From contig CBDVDR010000012.1 in the NCBI GenBank assembly GCA_965372795.1, positions 1-64,000 on the forward strand: a DNA stretch of 64,000 nucleotides, read 5' to 3'. Position numbers and translations under genes: made by a program. Shown here piece by piece: positions 26,174 to 36,962 of the stretch; position 1 is the stretch's first letter; each line of letters begins with the position of its first letter. The notes beneath the pieces are model-generated. The model ran no database searches. It was not told the DNA's origin and saw only the letters and a program-made list of their open reading frames with translations. This DNA comes from an uncultured bacterium (GTDB taxonomy: Bacteria; Zixibacteria; MSB-5A5; GN15; FEB-12).

Positions 26174-27445
26174 ATGAGGAATTTAGCTAAGTATGCTTTA
26201 TTTGGTACTTTAATTTTGATGTTCGCGATTCCGATTCAAGCGGAAACCGATCTATCCATCACAGGGCAGGTAAGAGTAAGAGGAGAATTGGAAAGAAAAT
26301 CGTTTGACACAACTCTCTCTCATTTTCAAGATTTTTCAATCATGCGTACCAGAATAAATATAAAAGCTAAAGTGGATAAGAATGCTGTTGCATTTATTCA
26401 GCTTCAGGATAGTCGTACCTTGGGTGGCTATAACCAATTTGGTGATATGCAAGCCGTAGCCCTTAACGACAGTAAAAATGTTGATGTCCATCAAGCTTTT
26501 ATTAAAGCTACTATTTGGGAAAATAGTAATAGAAAAGTAGGCTTCTTAGCCGGTCGGTTCGAATTTAACTGGGGCAACGAACGTCTTCTCGGCGGCGTTG
26601 GCTGGAGCAATGTTGGTCGTTCCTGGGAAGGTGGCTTGATTTGGTATAAAACCAACAAATATGATTTCTCTGCCGGTAAATTAAAAGTTATGGAAATCAA
26701 TGACCCGGGATATAATCGTGACTATGATTTTCACTATGCAACCCTCAAGCTTAAAGAATTCAACCTTGATCTTTTAAGCATCTATGAAGTCAATAGTGAT
26801 ACGACAGGATATGACCCTGATATCAAAGCCTTGGAAAGATTTACGTTTGCAGCCTATTACGAACGTGAACATAATCAATTCGATTTTGAAATGAATACTG
26901 CTTACCAATTTGGTCAAAGACCAAGAACTTTGACAACAGAGTATGACATTTCAGCCTTTTTGTTTACCTTTGAAGCTGGTTACAGCTTTGATAACGATTA
27001 CAACACCCGTTTTGCAGTTGGTATTGACTATATGTCAGGTGACGATGACTTGACTGACGGCGACTGGAAAACATTCGATGATTTATATCCAACCGGACAT
27101 AAATTCTCCGGTTATATGGATTATTTCCTTGGTGGCGGTCCAAACGGTTTGGTGGATATTATGGCTCGCGGTGAATTTGATGTTACCGATGGCTGGACTG
27201 TCAAAGGCGATTTCCATATTTTCAGAGCTGCTGAAGAATATCCAAGTGCGCTTGGTCTTGCTTTTGGTGATGCTAAAAATATTGGTACTGAGATTGATTT
27301 AACAGTAACAACTAATCGCATCAAAGGCTTAAAAATGCAATGGGGCGCTTCAATGTTTATCGCAAAAGACGACTTTGCAGGTCTTGAAGATGATGGTAAA
27401 CAGAGCGGCTTTTGGTTTTACGAACAAGTCATGATCAATTTCTAA
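26174..27445 (+). CDS. Alginate-export family outer-membrane porin
   Basis: Signal peptide; GQVRVRGE, F.QLQDSR, GR......ERL.G..GW.N.GR, SGD.......TF..LYPT.H; terminal F. Confidence 0.8.
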   Translation: MRNLAKYALFGTLILMFAIPIQAETDLSITGQVRVRGELERKSFDTTLSHFQDFSIMRTRINIKAKVDKNAVAFIQLQDSRTLGGYNQFGDMQAVALNDSKNVDVHQAFIKATIWENSNRKVGFLAGRFEFNWGNERLLGGVGWSNVGRSWEGGLIWYKTNKYDFSAGKLKVMEINDPGYNRDYDFHYATLKLKEFNLDLLSIYEVNSDTTGYDPDIKALERFTFAAYYEREHNQFDFEMNTAYQFGQRPRTLTTEYDISAFLFTFEAGYSFDNDYNTRFAVGIDYMSGDDDLTDGDWKTFDDLYPTGHKFSGYMDYFLGGGPNGLVDIMARGEFDVTDGWTVKGDFHIFRAAEEYPSALGLAFGDAKNIGTEIDLTVTTNRIKGLKMQWGASMFIAKDDFAGLEDDGKQSGFWFYEQVMINF

Positions 27446-27456
27446 TTTAGTATTTC

Positions 27457-27489
27457 AAAGGACTTCTATTTTATAGAAGTCCTTTTTTT
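27457..27489 (+). terminator. Porin gene terminator
   Basis: AAAGGACTTCTAT-TTT-ATAGAAGTCCTTT followed by a T-run. Confidence 0.8.
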
Positions 27490-27518
27490 ATTGGAAAAGT
27501 TAAAGAAAAATTTCACAA

Positions 27519-27532
27519 TTGACTTAAATCAA
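27519..27532 (+). promoter_or_regulatory. Crp/Fnr-family (Fnr/Dnr/HcpR-type) box upstream of the octaheme cytochrome
   Basis: TTGAC-TTAA-ATCAA is one mismatch from TTGAT-N4-ATCAA. TATACT at 27554-27559 gives class II (~-41.5) spacing. Confidence 0.6.
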
Positions 27533-27629
27533 ATTAAATAAAACGTTTCCAATTATACTAAAATATAATTTGTACCAAATTATTCAATTTTGACGTACAA
27601 CTTAATATTATCATATAAGAGGAGGATTT

Positions 27630-29030
27630 ATGAAAAGGATCACAACTGTTCTGTTAGTGCTCTGCTTAGTCTTAGCAGTATCAGCAACAGCACAAGATTA
27701 CCGTTCAATTCCAACTACGATGTCAGAAGAATCAAAAGCCTGTATTGAATGTCATGAGGCTGAAATACCGGCAATGGTTAAAGAATGGCGTTACAGCCGT
27801 CACTTTGGCGCTGACGTTGGATGTTATGAATGTCATGCCGCAAATGCTGATGATCCGGATGTTTATGATCATAATGGTTATAATATCGCGATTATTGTCT
27901 CCCCAAAAGATTGTGCAAAATGTCATCCCAATGAAGCAGAACAATTTCAAAATTCTTATCATGCTGATGCCGGTAAAATTTTAGGCTCACTTGACAATGT
28001 TCTCGGTGAAGTAGTCGAAGGTCCTTTTGCTGCGGTTAACGGCTGTAAACAATGCCACGGCTCAGTAGTTGAAGTCCTTGAAGACGGACAACTTTCTGCA
28101 GAAACCTGGCCGAATACAGGTATGGGTCGTTTGAACCCCGATGGTTCCAAAGGCTCCTGTTCTGCCTGCCATAGCCGTCATTCATTTGATGTTGCCTTAG
28201 CCCGTCAACCTGAAAATTGCGGCAAATGTCACCTCGGTCCTGATCACCCTCAAAAAGAAATTTATGAAGAATCAAAACATGGCATAGCATATTATGCTAA
28301 TATAGATCGCATGAATCTCCATAGTTCTTCCTGGGTTGTCGGTATAGATTACTCCGCAGCCCCTACCTGTGCAACTTGCCATATGTCTGCGACAAAAGAT
28401 ATGCCAATCACTCATGATGTTGGTGATCGTATCAGCTGGACTCTTCGTCCGCCGGTTTCAAGAAAAATCGATGCCTCGGCAATTAAAAAAGGTTTATCTG
28501 TAAAACCTTGGCAGGATCGACGTAACGACATGAAAAATGTCTGTTCCAACTGCCACACCTCAAACTATGTTGACAATTTCTATACCCAGTACGATGGCGC
28601 AGTAAATCTTTACAATGATAAATTCGGTATCCCCGCAACAAAGATTTATAAAAAAGTCCGCTCATTGGGTTTAATCTCTAATGATATAAACTTTGACGAT
28701 GAACTCGAATGGACCTATTTCTATCTCTGGCACCATGAAGGAAGAAGAGCCCGAATGGGGGCGGCGATGTTTGCTCCGGATTATACCCAATGGCACGGAT
28801 TTTTTGAAGTTGCTGATAACTTCTATATGAAATTTATTCCTCAGGTTAGAGAAATAATCGAGCACGCTAAAGCTGCCGGTGGCGACAAAGCGGCGGCTGC
28901 CTTAGAAGTCGAAAAAATTGTCGATGAAGTCTTTGCGATGGATGAGCATAAATGGTTTACCGGAAATGAACCGGATGCTGTTAAAAAGGCTAGATTGAAA
29001 GCTCGTGAAGAGTTTGATAAACGATATTAA
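27630..29030 (+). CDS. Octaheme cytochrome c of the hydroxylamine oxidoreductase family (epsilon-Hao/reductive type)
   Basis: Signal peptide; 8 CxxCH motifs (CIECH, CYECH, CAKCH, CKQCH, CSACH, CGKCH, CATCH, CSNCH); GPDHPQ and MGAAMFAPDYTQWHG. Confidence 0.9.
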   Translation: MKRITTVLLVLCLVLAVSATAQDYRSIPTTMSEESKACIECHEAEIPAMVKEWRYSRHFGADVGCYECHAANADDPDVYDHNGYNIAIIVSPKDCAKCHPNEAEQFQNSYHADAGKILGSLDNVLGEVVEGPFAAVNGCKQCHGSVVEVLEDGQLSAETWPNTGMGRLNPDGSKGSCSACHSRHSFDVALARQPENCGKCHLGPDHPQKEIYEESKHGIAYYANIDRMNLHSSSWVVGIDYSAAPTCATCHMSATKDMPITHDVGDRISWTLRPPVSRKIDASAIKKGLSVKPWQDRRNDMKNVCSNCHTSNYVDNFYTQYDGAVNLYNDKFGIPATKIYKKVRSLGLISNDINFDDELEWTYFYLWHHEGRRARMGAAMFAPDYTQWHGFFEVADNFYMKFIPQVREIIEHAKAAGGDKAAAALEVEKIVDEVFAMDEHKWFTGNEPDAVKKARLKAREEFDKRY

Positions 29031-29051
29031 TATCAATTTATAATATTGAAC

Positions 29052-29086
29052 AAAAAAGGCTGTCTTTAGTAGATAGCCTTTTTTTT
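29052..29086 (+). terminator. Terminator after the cytochrome gene
   Basis: AAAAAAGGCTGTCT-TTAGT-AGATAGCC followed by T8. Confidence 0.8.
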
Positions 29087-29163
29087 ATATCAAAACAAAC
29101 TTGCCAAGTGCAACTACCTATGCAATATTACGTATTCTAAAAGTAAGAGAAACGGAATGTAAT

Positions 29164-29907
29164 ATGAGTAAGAGAAAAATTGTTTTTGGAATAGCTTTAA
29201 TATCTTTCGGCTTTTTGTTGCTGGCAAGAAGTACCGGGATTTTCTATATTGATTTTGGCGACATGATCCGTTTATCTCTTCCTTTCATATTTATCGGATC
29301 AGGGATATGGCTGATAATCCGTAAGAAAAAACTGGATATCAAAATTGAAAACGATGAAATCCATATAAATCGTGCTTATTCATCATCAGGACAAACTCAA
29401 AACAAGACTGAATATACAAACTATTCCAAATCAGATACTCAAGATTTTGCCAAAGAACAATCCCAACAGGCAGGCAGTACCTATTCGGCAAATTTCAGCA
29501 GCAAAGCCACCGAGTCTCCCCACTCGTCGAAAGGTAATAAAACCAAATATAGTAAATCAATCGGAGACATGTTTATAGATTGCAAAGGTCAATGCCTCGA
29601 GAATATAGACATTTCTATTGGAATTGGTGATTTGGAATTAAAACTACATGAGGGCAAACTCTCGCCCGGGCTTAACCGGATTCTTATTTCCGGATTAATC
29701 GGAGATGTCCGTATTTTTGTCCCTAAAAATATCCCCCACTACTGCCATTGTTCAAACTTCATTGGCGATATTGAAATGGGCGGTAAAAGAGCTTCCGGTT
29801 TTAGCAACAATGTTGAAGTTTATTCCGATAATTATGCTGATGCCGAGTCGAAAATATTTATCTCCGCCAACGGCTTCATCGGTGATATCAGAGTCTACGT
29901 CATTTAA
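29164..29907 (+). CDS. LiaF-like (DUF2154) membrane protein
   Basis: Two N-terminal TM helices (FGIALI..G..LL, LPFIFIG.GIWL) and repeated IGD beta-motifs; probable start ATG 29164. Confidence 0.75.
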   Translation: MSKRKIVFGIALISFGFLLLARSTGIFYIDFGDMIRLSLPFIFIGSGIWLIIRKKKLDIKIENDEIHINRAYSSSGQTQNKTEYTNYSKSDTQDFAKEQSQQAGSTYSANFSSKATESPHSSKGNKTKYSKSIGDMFIDCKGQCLENIDISIGIGDLELKLHEGKLSPGLNRILISGLIGDVRIFVPKNIPHYCHCSNFIGDIEMGGKRASGFSNNVEVYSDNYADAESKIFISANGFIGDIRVYVI

Positions 29908-29910
29908 CTT

Positions 29911-31260
29911 CTACAATATATATTTACTTAAATCTTCATCCTCAATAATTTCAGACAGAGTTTTCTCAACCATTTTTGCAGAAATAGTTACCTTTTTCTT
30001 ACCTTTGGTTGGATCAAACAGTATATCTTCAAGCAGCGTTGTCAAGACCGTGTGAAGTCGGCGCGCACCTATGTTTTCAGAATCATTATTAATCTGCTCC
30101 GCATATTCAGCAATCTTTTTAATCGCTGTCGGTGCAAAATTAAGATCCAATCCTTCGGTTTTCAACAAAGCTTTATACTGCTTCACCAGCGAAGCCTGGG
30201 GTTCGGTTAAAATCTTTTCGAAATCTTCTGCTGTCAGAGAATCAAGTTCAACCCTGATTGGGAATCTGCCCTGAAGCTCCGGAATGAGATCAGATGGTTT
30301 TGATGAATGAAAGGCTCCGGCTGCAATAAACAAAATATGATCGGTACGAACCAAGCCATACTTTGTACTGACCCCACAACCCTCTACAATCGGCAATATA
30401 TCTCGCTGTACTCCTTCACGACTGACATCGGGACCGGTTCGTGAATCATTGCCAACTATTTTATCTATTTCATCAACAAATATAATTCCTGATTCCTGCA
30501 CCCGTTCTAATGCTTCCGCAATAGCTTCATCCATATTAACCAAACGGTTAATCTCTTGATGCTGTAAAAAAATACCGGCTTCTTTAACAGTCATCTTTCT
30601 CCGCTTGGTTTTCTTGGGCATCAACCCGGAGAACATCTCCTGAAAATTAGCCCCAAGTTCTTCCATTCCCATTGGCGTAAAAATCTCAACTACCGGAGAC
30701 AGGTTTTGGGGGGCATCAAGCTCAACTTCACGTTTGTCAAGATCACCCTTCAGAAGTTTGACCTTTAATTTGTCGCGGGTTTTGGAAATTGTATTTTTAT
30801 CAGCCGATTTCAAATCATCCTTGTCCATCCGTTTCGGAGCCGGCATCAACAATAGATCAAGCAAACGTTCAACAACATTTGAATTGGCTTTTTCCTGAAG
30901 GTCTTTTGATTTTTCTGTCTTTACCATATTAACACTGATGTCAACCAGATCTCTGACCATCGATTCAACATCACGCCCGACATAGCCGACCTCGGTAAAT
31001 TTTGAGGCTTCAACTTTTATAAATGGGGCGCTCGCCAGATCAGCAAGCCGACGGGCAATCTCGGTTTTTCCTACTCCGGTGGTGCCAATCATAATAATAT
31101 TGTTGGGCATAATTTCGTTACGAATATCTTCAGGAGAATTCTGTCGACGCCATCTGTTGCGCAAGGCAATGCCAACCGATTTTTTGGCTTTATCCTGACC
31201 GATAACAAATTTATCTAAATATTCTACTATCTCTTTAGGAGTGGGGTAATTGTTATTCAT
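29911..31260 (-). CDS. hslU: ATP-dependent protease ATPase subunit HslU
   Basis: [33 protein letters not shown] and ENIGARRL motifs. Confidence 0.97.
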   Translation of the reverse strand: MNNNYPTPKEIVEYLDKFVIGQDKAKKSVGIALRNRWRRQNSPEDIRNEIMPNNIIMIGTTGVGKTEIARRLADLASAPFIKVEASKFTEVGYVGRDVESMVRDLVDISVNMVKTEKSKDLQEKANSNVVERLLDLLLMPAPKRMDKDDLKSADKNTISKTRDKLKVKLLKGDLDKREVELDAPQNLSPVVEIFTPMGMEELGANFQEMFSGLMPKKTKRRKMTVKEAGIFLQHQEINRLVNMDEAIAEALERVQESGIIFVDEIDKIVGNDSRTGPDVSREGVQRDILPIVEGCGVSTKYGLVRTDHILFIAAGAFHSSKPSDLIPELQGRFPIRVELDSLTAEDFEKILTEPQASLVKQYKALLKTEGLDLNFAPTAIKKIAEYAEQINNDSENIGARRLHTVLTTLLEDILFDPTKGKKKVTISAKMVEKTLSEIIEDEDLSKYIL

Positions 31261-31794
31261 TTATAAAGTTTCCACCGTAATATTTTTATTAGTGTATACG
31301 CATATATCTGCTGCAATTTCCAAAGATTTTTTGGCAATGCTTTCGGCTGTCATTTTCGGACTCGCCAAAATAAAAGCTCGTGCCGCGGCCAGAGCATAAA
31401 CCCCACCTGAACCGATGGCAATAATTCCGTCATCCGGTTCAATCACATCCCCGGTTCCGCTTACTAAGAAAATATGTTCTTTATCCGTTACTGAAATTAT
31501 TGCTTCGAGATTTTTCAGCATCTTATCAGTACGCCATTCTTTGGCAAGTTCAACCGCCGCTTTGGGGAGGTTGCCCGAATACTCTTCAATCTTTTTTTCA
31601 AGCAGATCAAAAAGCGCCAGAGCATCAGCCGCCGTACCGGCAAAGCCGGCCAAAATTTTATCATCATACATTCTACGTATCTTAACAGCATTAGCTTTGA
31701 GAACCGTATCATCATAAGATACCTGACCATCTCCTGCCATAGCTGCCTGTCCTTTATGTATCAAGCCGATAATTGTCGTGGCATGATATTTCAT
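31261..31794 (-). CDS. hslV: ATP-dependent protease peptidase subunit HslV
   Basis: HATTI, GDGQV, AIGSGG and DICVYTN motifs. Confidence 0.97.
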   Translation of the reverse strand: MKYHATTIIGLIHKGQAAMAGDGQVSYDDTVLKANAVKIRRMYDDKILAGFAGTAADALALFDLLEKKIEEYSGNLPKAAVELAKEWRTDKMLKNLEAIISVTDKEHIFLVSGTGDVIEPDDGIIAIGSGGVYALAAARAFILASPKMTAESIAKKSLEIAADICVYTNKNITVETL

Positions 31795-31803
31795 GAATAC
31801 TCC

Positions 31804-32718
31804 TTATTTATTTGAACCCGATCTCGGGTGAGCCGACTTGTAAGCGGCTTTCATTTTCTCTGCTGTAATATGAGTATACTTCTGGGTTGTAGATAAAGAA
31901 GCATGCCCCAAAATTTCCTTAATTAACATCAAATCCGCACCGTTTTCCAAAAGATGAGTCGCAAATGAGTGTCTCAAAGTATGCGGCGTAAAATCCAAAC
32001 CGCTTTCAGACCCGTATTTTTTTACAATCCGCCCCACTGAACGCACCGTCAATCCCTCACCAACCCGATTCAGGAAAAGATAAAGCGGAGTAGTATTTTT
32101 TAAAATTATAAATTCATTTCGTTTTAATAAGTAACGATCAATATCCTCGCGCGTTGTATCCCCCATTGGTACCTGTCTGATTTTATTTCCTTTACCATAG
32201 ATAGTAATCATACTATTAGATAAATCAATATCATTTAATTTAATATTAGTTAATTCTTCCCTTCTTATTCCGGTAGCATAAAAAAGAGAGATTATCATAA
32301 AATCCCGAATGAATTGATATGAGTTTGATTTAGTGGGTCCAATTTTGTTTTCAAATAGCTTTTCAGCATCTTTTTGAGATAAAAAATCTGGAAGATTCTG
32401 GCTATATTTCATTTTAGGAATTTTAAATATAAATTCTTTTGATCTTGTCTTGTTTGCATAATATTTTTGAAAATTTGAAATTGAAGATAGCAAACGAGCT
32501 AAAGAACGATTTGACATCCCGGCTTCGGTTTTCTGACGTAAAAACATCCGCAAAAACATCGGATCATTCTTAGGTGAAGATGAATAATCAGTGTGCATTT
32601 TATCAAGAAATTCAACCCACCCGGATACATCGCGGCGATAAGCCTCAATCGTCTTGGCCGAATAGCTTTTCTCAGTTGAAATATACTTGATATATTTTTG
32701 CAGCTCTTTTTTCAACAT
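31804..32718 (-). CDS. xerC: Tyrosine recombinase XerC-like
   Basis: TGIRREE, GKGNK, HTLRHSFATH, LGHASLSTTQKYTH; topA-xerC-hslVU synteny. Confidence 0.85.
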   Translation of the reverse strand: MLKKELQKYIKYISTEKSYSAKTIEAYRRDVSGWVEFLDKMHTDYSSSPKNDPMFLRMFLRQKTEAGMSNRSLARLLSSISNFQKYYANKTRSKEFIFKIPKMKYSQNLPDFLSQKDAEKLFENKIGPTKSNSYQFIRDFMIISLFYATGIRREELTNIKLNDIDLSNSMITIYGKGNKIRQVPMGDTTREDIDRYLLKRNEFIILKNTTPLYLFLNRVGEGLTVRSVGRIVKKYGSESGLDFTPHTLRHSFATHLLENGADLMLIKEILGHASLSTTQKYTHITAEKMKAAYKSAHPRSGSNK

Positions 32719-32803
32719 GGTGGAATCATATCAAAAAAAACTGCTTGGGTCAATTAGTTTGAACCAGGATTTAAAAATAGCTAACTATTATATATTTTAA
32801 TAA

Positions 32804-35089
32804 TCAGGAAATAGTCGCCGTATCAGCCGATTCTTCAACCAATTCATGTTTGCATTGCGGGCATCTGATAAAATCCCCTTTGGCTTTTGATGTTTTTGCC
32901 ACCATAAAAGGATTTTTGCAAGCCGGACATTCTTTTTTTATCGGCATATCCCAGGATGCAAAGTCGCATTTTGGATATTTGGTACACCCGTAAAAAGTCC
33001 GTTTTGCCTTGGTCTTTCGTTCGACCAACTCGCCTTCACACCCGTCTTTAGGGCATTTAATCCCCATAGTTAGCGGTTGTGTATTTTTACAATCAGGATA
33101 AGCTGAACAAGCTAAGAATTTACCAAATCTGCCGGTCTTAACAATCATAGGGGATTTGCATTTTTCACAAATCTTATCAGTTTTCATCTGCTCTTCTTCA
33201 CCCGGCAAAGGTTTGGCATTTTTGCAGGCAGGATAATCAGAACAGGACAGAAAACGTCCGTTTCTTCCCCATTTTATGATCATTCCAGAATTACATTTAT
33301 CACACTTGATATCTGTTTTTTCAGTTAATTCTTCTTTAATCTCTTTAATTTTACCTTTTAGAGATTCCATTGTTTCCATGAAAGGATTATAGAATTCTTT
33401 TAAAACTTTCACCCAATCATCATCGCCAACTTCAACTAAATCCAGCTCTTTCTCCATGCCGGCTGTAAATTTGACATTGAACAGATCCGGAAAGCTTGCG
33501 ACTAAAGTTTTATTGACAACTATGCCAAGATCGGTTGGTTTGAGTTTTCTTTCGATCAAATCAACATATTTACGATCTTTTATGGTAGAGATAATAGAGG
33601 CGTAGGTTGACGGACGACCGATTCCATCAGCTTCAAGCTGTTTAATCAGCATGGCTTCAGTGAATCTTGCCGGCGGTTTTGTAAATGATTGAATCGGTTT
33701 TAACTCTTTTAAATTAAGTTTATCACCCTTTTTCAAAACAGGAATTGAAACAGCTTTATCATCATCATTGCCGTTTTCATCTGCATCTTTGGCAACATTG
33801 TAAACTTTAAGAAATCCTTCAAAGTTGATTTTCTGAGAAGTTATTCTGAAGGTAAATTTGTCTGCGCCAATATCAACAGTGTGGACATCAAATTTAGCCG
33901 GATTCATTTGAGAGGCTACAAAACGATTCCAGATGATAGTGTAAAGTTTCAGTTGCTGAGGAGAAAGATGTTTTTTCATTCTTTCCGGAAACAGAGCCAT
34001 ATTGGTCGGGCGGATAGCTTCATGAGCATCCTGTGAAGATTTCTTTTTGCCATATTGATTCGGTTTATCGGGTAAAAATTCTGAACCAAATTCATCATTG
34101 ATATAAGTGCGAACAGCTTCAATAGCTTCAGTAGAAATTCGGGTAGAGTCGGTTCTCATATAAGTGATCAAACCGGTGGCACCCTCTTTACCGATTTCAA
34201 CCCCTTCATATAGTTTCTGGGCCAGTGCCATTGTCCGTTTGGGTGTAAACCCAAAAGCTTTGGCACCTTCCTGCTGTAAAGTTGAAGTTATAAACGGGGC
34301 GGTCGGTTTTCTTGTGGAGGTAGTATTCTTAACTTCAGAAACTGCAAAATCGGCTTCTTTTAGATCTTTAAGATACTCATTAACTTCTTTTTCAGAAGTT
34401 ATAGTAATTTTTTTGGCTCCGGTATCGCCTGCTTTTACAACCGATTTATCTTCTATCTTAAATAGTCTGGCTGTAAATCCTTTTTTACCTTTTAATAAAT
34501 CGGCGGTGATATTCCAGTATTCCTGAGGATTGAACTTGAGAACTTCTACTTCCCGTTCACAGACCAAACGTAAAGCTACCGATTGGACTCGACCGGCGGA
34601 TAAATTTCGTGCGATTGTTTTCCACAGAAATGGTGAAACAGTATAACCTACTATTCGATCAAGGGCTCTTCTTAGTTGCTGGGCGTTTACCAGATTTAAG
34701 TCTACTTCGGTTGGATTTGCAATAGCATTTAAAACTGCTGACTTTGTAATCTCGTTAAAAGTAACTCTGACAATTTTTGCTTTAGTAGATTTCCTGACTG
34801 TATTTTCAACATGCCAGGCAATGGCTTCCCCTTCACGATCCGGATCAGGAGCAAGGTAGATAACATCTGCTTTTTTAGCGGCTTTCTTTAATTCATTAAC
34901 TACTTTTTCTTTACCAGGAATAGTCTCATACTGCAGCTCAAAATTCTTATCAGGACTGACTCCAATTTTGGATTTTGGAAGATCGATTATATGTCCGATT
35001 GTAGCTTTGATTTCAAAATCATCGCCTAAAAAACGGGCAAGAGTTTTCGTTTTTGCGGGTGACTCAACGATAAGAAGATTTTTGGCCAT
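32804..35089 (-). CDS. topA: DNA topoisomerase I
   Basis: IVESPAK, DPDREGEAI, SAGRVQS, LITYMRTDS and C-terminal zinc ribbons; start ATG 35089. Confidence 0.97.
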   Translation of the reverse strand: MAKNLLIVESPAKTKTLARFLGDDFEIKATIGHIIDLPKSKIGVSPDKNFELQYETIPGKEKVVNELKKAAKKADVIYLAPDPDREGEAIAWHVENTVRKSTKAKIVRVTFNEITKSAVLNAIANPTEVDLNLVNAQQLRRALDRIVGYTVSPFLWKTIARNLSAGRVQSVALRLVCEREVEVLKFNPQEYWNITADLLKGKKGFTARLFKIEDKSVVKAGDTGAKKITITSEKEVNEYLKDLKEADFAVSEVKNTTSTRKPTAPFITSTLQQEGAKAFGFTPKRTMALAQKLYEGVEIGKEGATGLITYMRTDSTRISTEAIEAVRTYINDEFGSEFLPDKPNQYGKKKSSQDAHEAIRPTNMALFPERMKKHLSPQQLKLYTIIWNRFVASQMNPAKFDVHTVDIGADKFTFRITSQKINFEGFLKVYNVAKDADENGNDDDKAVSIPVLKKGDKLNLKELKPIQSFTKPPARFTEAMLIKQLEADGIGRPSTYASIISTIKDRKYVDLIERKLKPTDLGIVVNKTLVASFPDLFNVKFTAGMEKELDLVEVGDDDWVKVLKEFYNPFMETMESLKGKIKEIKEELTEKTDIKCDKCNSGMIIKWGRNGRFLSCSDYPACKNAKPLPGEEEQMKTDKICEKCKSPMIVKTGRFGKFLACSAYPDCKNTQPLTMGIKCPKDGCEGELVERKTKAKRTFYGCTKYPKCDFASWDMPIKKECPACKNPFMVAKTSKAKGDFIRCPQCKHELVEESADTATIS

Positions 35090-35140
35090 TGATGTCCTCA
35101 ATTATAAATTAAAACTGGAATTTCTATTATCTATCGAACT

Positions 35141-35356
35141 TTATTTCTTATACTTTATCTTACCGTCCAATAGATCTGTCAACGCAACCATAGTAATTTT
35201 TCTGGCATCAAGTTCAATTGTCGGGTCTTCTTCTAATCTCTCCAGTCTTGCAATCCGATCAGTATTTAATCGGCGCGAATGCTGAGAGGCGATAATTACT
35301 GCCTCATAACGATTTAGACTTATTTTAGCTAATCTTTCTGATGATATAACTTTCAT
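35141..35356 (-). CDS. rpoZ: RNA polymerase omega subunit
   Basis: NRYEAVIIAS...R.L and K....AL..L..GKI; yicC-gmk-rpoZ synteny. Confidence 0.85.
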   Translation of the reverse strand: MKVISSERLAKISLNRYEAVIIASQHSRRLNTDRIARLERLEEDPTIELDARKITMVALTDLLDGKIKYKK

Positions 35357-35407
35357 TATTCCTCCTGTTCGAATCTATTAACCGAATATTCTCTTATTTT
35401 GTTCCTG

Positions 35408-35998
35408 TCATAATATATTGCTTCTACAATGAGAGCAATCTATTATACTCAAAACATCTTTAACTGCCTTATTTAACACGTCATTAGTAACGGTATATTC
35501 AAATTTTTTATAAAATTCCATCTCTTTTTTAGCATTTTCAAATCGCACCCGCAATTGCTCTTTTGTTTCCGTTCCACGAGCCTTCAAACGTTTCCGAAGA
35601 GCTGCAATCGACGGAGGACGAATAAAGATAGTAACAGCTTCCGGATAATCTTTTTTGATTTTCCGGCCACCCTTCACATCAATATCAAGCAGTAAAACCC
35701 CACCCTTTTTCAAAGTATCTTCGATTTCTTTCCGTGGTGTGCCATATTGATAAAGATGAACCTTAAAATGTTCAGCAAAAGCGTTTCCGCGGGATAACCG
35801 GTTGAATTCACTATCGGTTACAAAATTATATTCTCTTCCATCTCTCTCTCCGACCCTTTTTTGGCGGGTGGTATAAGAAACCGAAAATTTCCATCCCTGT
35901 TTTTTTCTTGAAGCGGAAAGTAATTTTCTGCAAATAGAAGTTTTTCCTCCTCCGGATGGAGAGGAAATAATTACAATTTTACCCGGTTTAGTTATCAC
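35408..35998 (-). CDS. gmk: Guanylate kinase
   Basis: SPSGGGKT, SVSYTTR..R..E.DGREY.F, YGT and DIDV.G motifs. Confidence 0.95.
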   Translation of the reverse strand: MITKPGKIVIISSPSGGGKTSICRKLLSASRKKQGWKFSVSYTTRQKRVGERDGREYNFVTDSEFNRLSRGNAFAEHFKVHLYQYGTPRKEIEDTLKKGGVLLLDIDVKGGRKIKKDYPEAVTIFIRPPSIAALRKRLKARGTETKEQLRVRFENAKKEMEFYKKFEYTVTNDVLNKAVKDVLSIIDCSHCRSNIL

Positions 35999-36018
35999 TA
36001 TTTATACTCAACCCAATA

Positions 36019-36894
36019 CTATTCAACGTTTTGAACCAATTCACGAATTTTTTCAATTTCATTTTTCATCGAGATCGACAAAGCTGATATTTCCACATCA
36101 AATGATTTGGAAGCTATCGTATTTACTTCGCGATTCATCTCCTGAAGAATAAAATTGAGTTGTTTTCCAACCGGTTCTTTTTTCTTGAGTGTTTCACCAT
36201 ATTGTTTGAAATGGCTGGAAAGTCTGGTACATTCTTCGGTTATATCAATCCGATCAGCAAAAATGGCTATTTCTTCTTCCAATCGTTCTTTATTGATGTT
36301 AGTAGAATCCATTAAATCGCTAATTTTTTTTGAGAGTCTTTCTCTTCTTTTTTCAATTGAGTTACCGGAAAGTTTCATGGTGCCTTTAAGCATCGTCTCC
36401 AGTTCGCTAAGTCGCTGGGTCATATCCTTTTTCATCTCAATGCCTTCACTTTTACGCATTTTGAGAAGCTGATTAACAGCCTTGGTTACAACCTTTTCCA
36501 TAGGGGGCCAAATCATTTTTTCATCAATACTGTCTTTTGCCGGGTTAGAAATCTCGGGCAACAACAGCAAATCGTTAATTTTGATTTCGCCTTCAAGTTT
36601 GAATTCTTTTTTCAATTTTTCAAGCTGTTTATAATAAGCTTTAAAAGCTGATTCATTAATAAGGAATTTCCCCGGAGAGTCATCTGATTCATCAAAACTA
36701 ATGTAAACCTTAGCCTTACCCCGATTAATTTTTGAGCTGACCAAGTCGCGTACTTTTGATTCTAAGGGAGAAAATTGGCGGGGTAATCTAACTGAAATTT
36801 CAAGAAAACGATTATTGACCGATGAGATTTCCACCTCAAATCTTCCGATTACTGATTTTAGTTCCGACTTTCCAAATCCGGTCATCGAGTTCAT
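36019..36894 (-). CDS. yicC: YicC/YloC family endoribonuclease
   Basis: SMTGFG, SVN.RFLE, DITEEC.RL.SH and QEMNREVNTI.SK motifs. Confidence 0.93.
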   Translation of the reverse strand: MNSMTGFGKSELKSVIGRFEVEISSVNNRFLEISVRLPRQFSPLESKVRDLVSSKINRGKAKVYISFDESDDSPGKFLINESAFKAYYKQLEKLKKEFKLEGEIKINDLLLLPEISNPAKDSIDEKMIWPPMEKVVTKAVNQLLKMRKSEGIEMKKDMTQRLSELETMLKGTMKLSGNSIEKRRERLSKKISDLMDSTNINKERLEEEIAIFADRIDITEECTRLSSHFKQYGETLKKKEPVGKQLNFILQEMNREVNTIASKSFDVEISALSISMKNEIEKIRELVQNVE

Positions 36895-36962
36895 TAGAAC
36901 CTGCCTTTATTAAAATAGGGACAAAGTTAGGGTATATAGCGGTTTTGTCAACTGAAATTATT

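Noticed and set aside
27630..29030. Hao as a marker of ammonia oxidation or anammox
   Set aside because: The cross-linking Tyr position appears to be Trp; no cycA/cycB or amo genes nearby
31804..32718. Tyrosine recombinase as a prophage or island integrase
   Set aside because: It sits in the conserved topA-xerC-hslV-hslU housekeeping context with no att sites or phage genes
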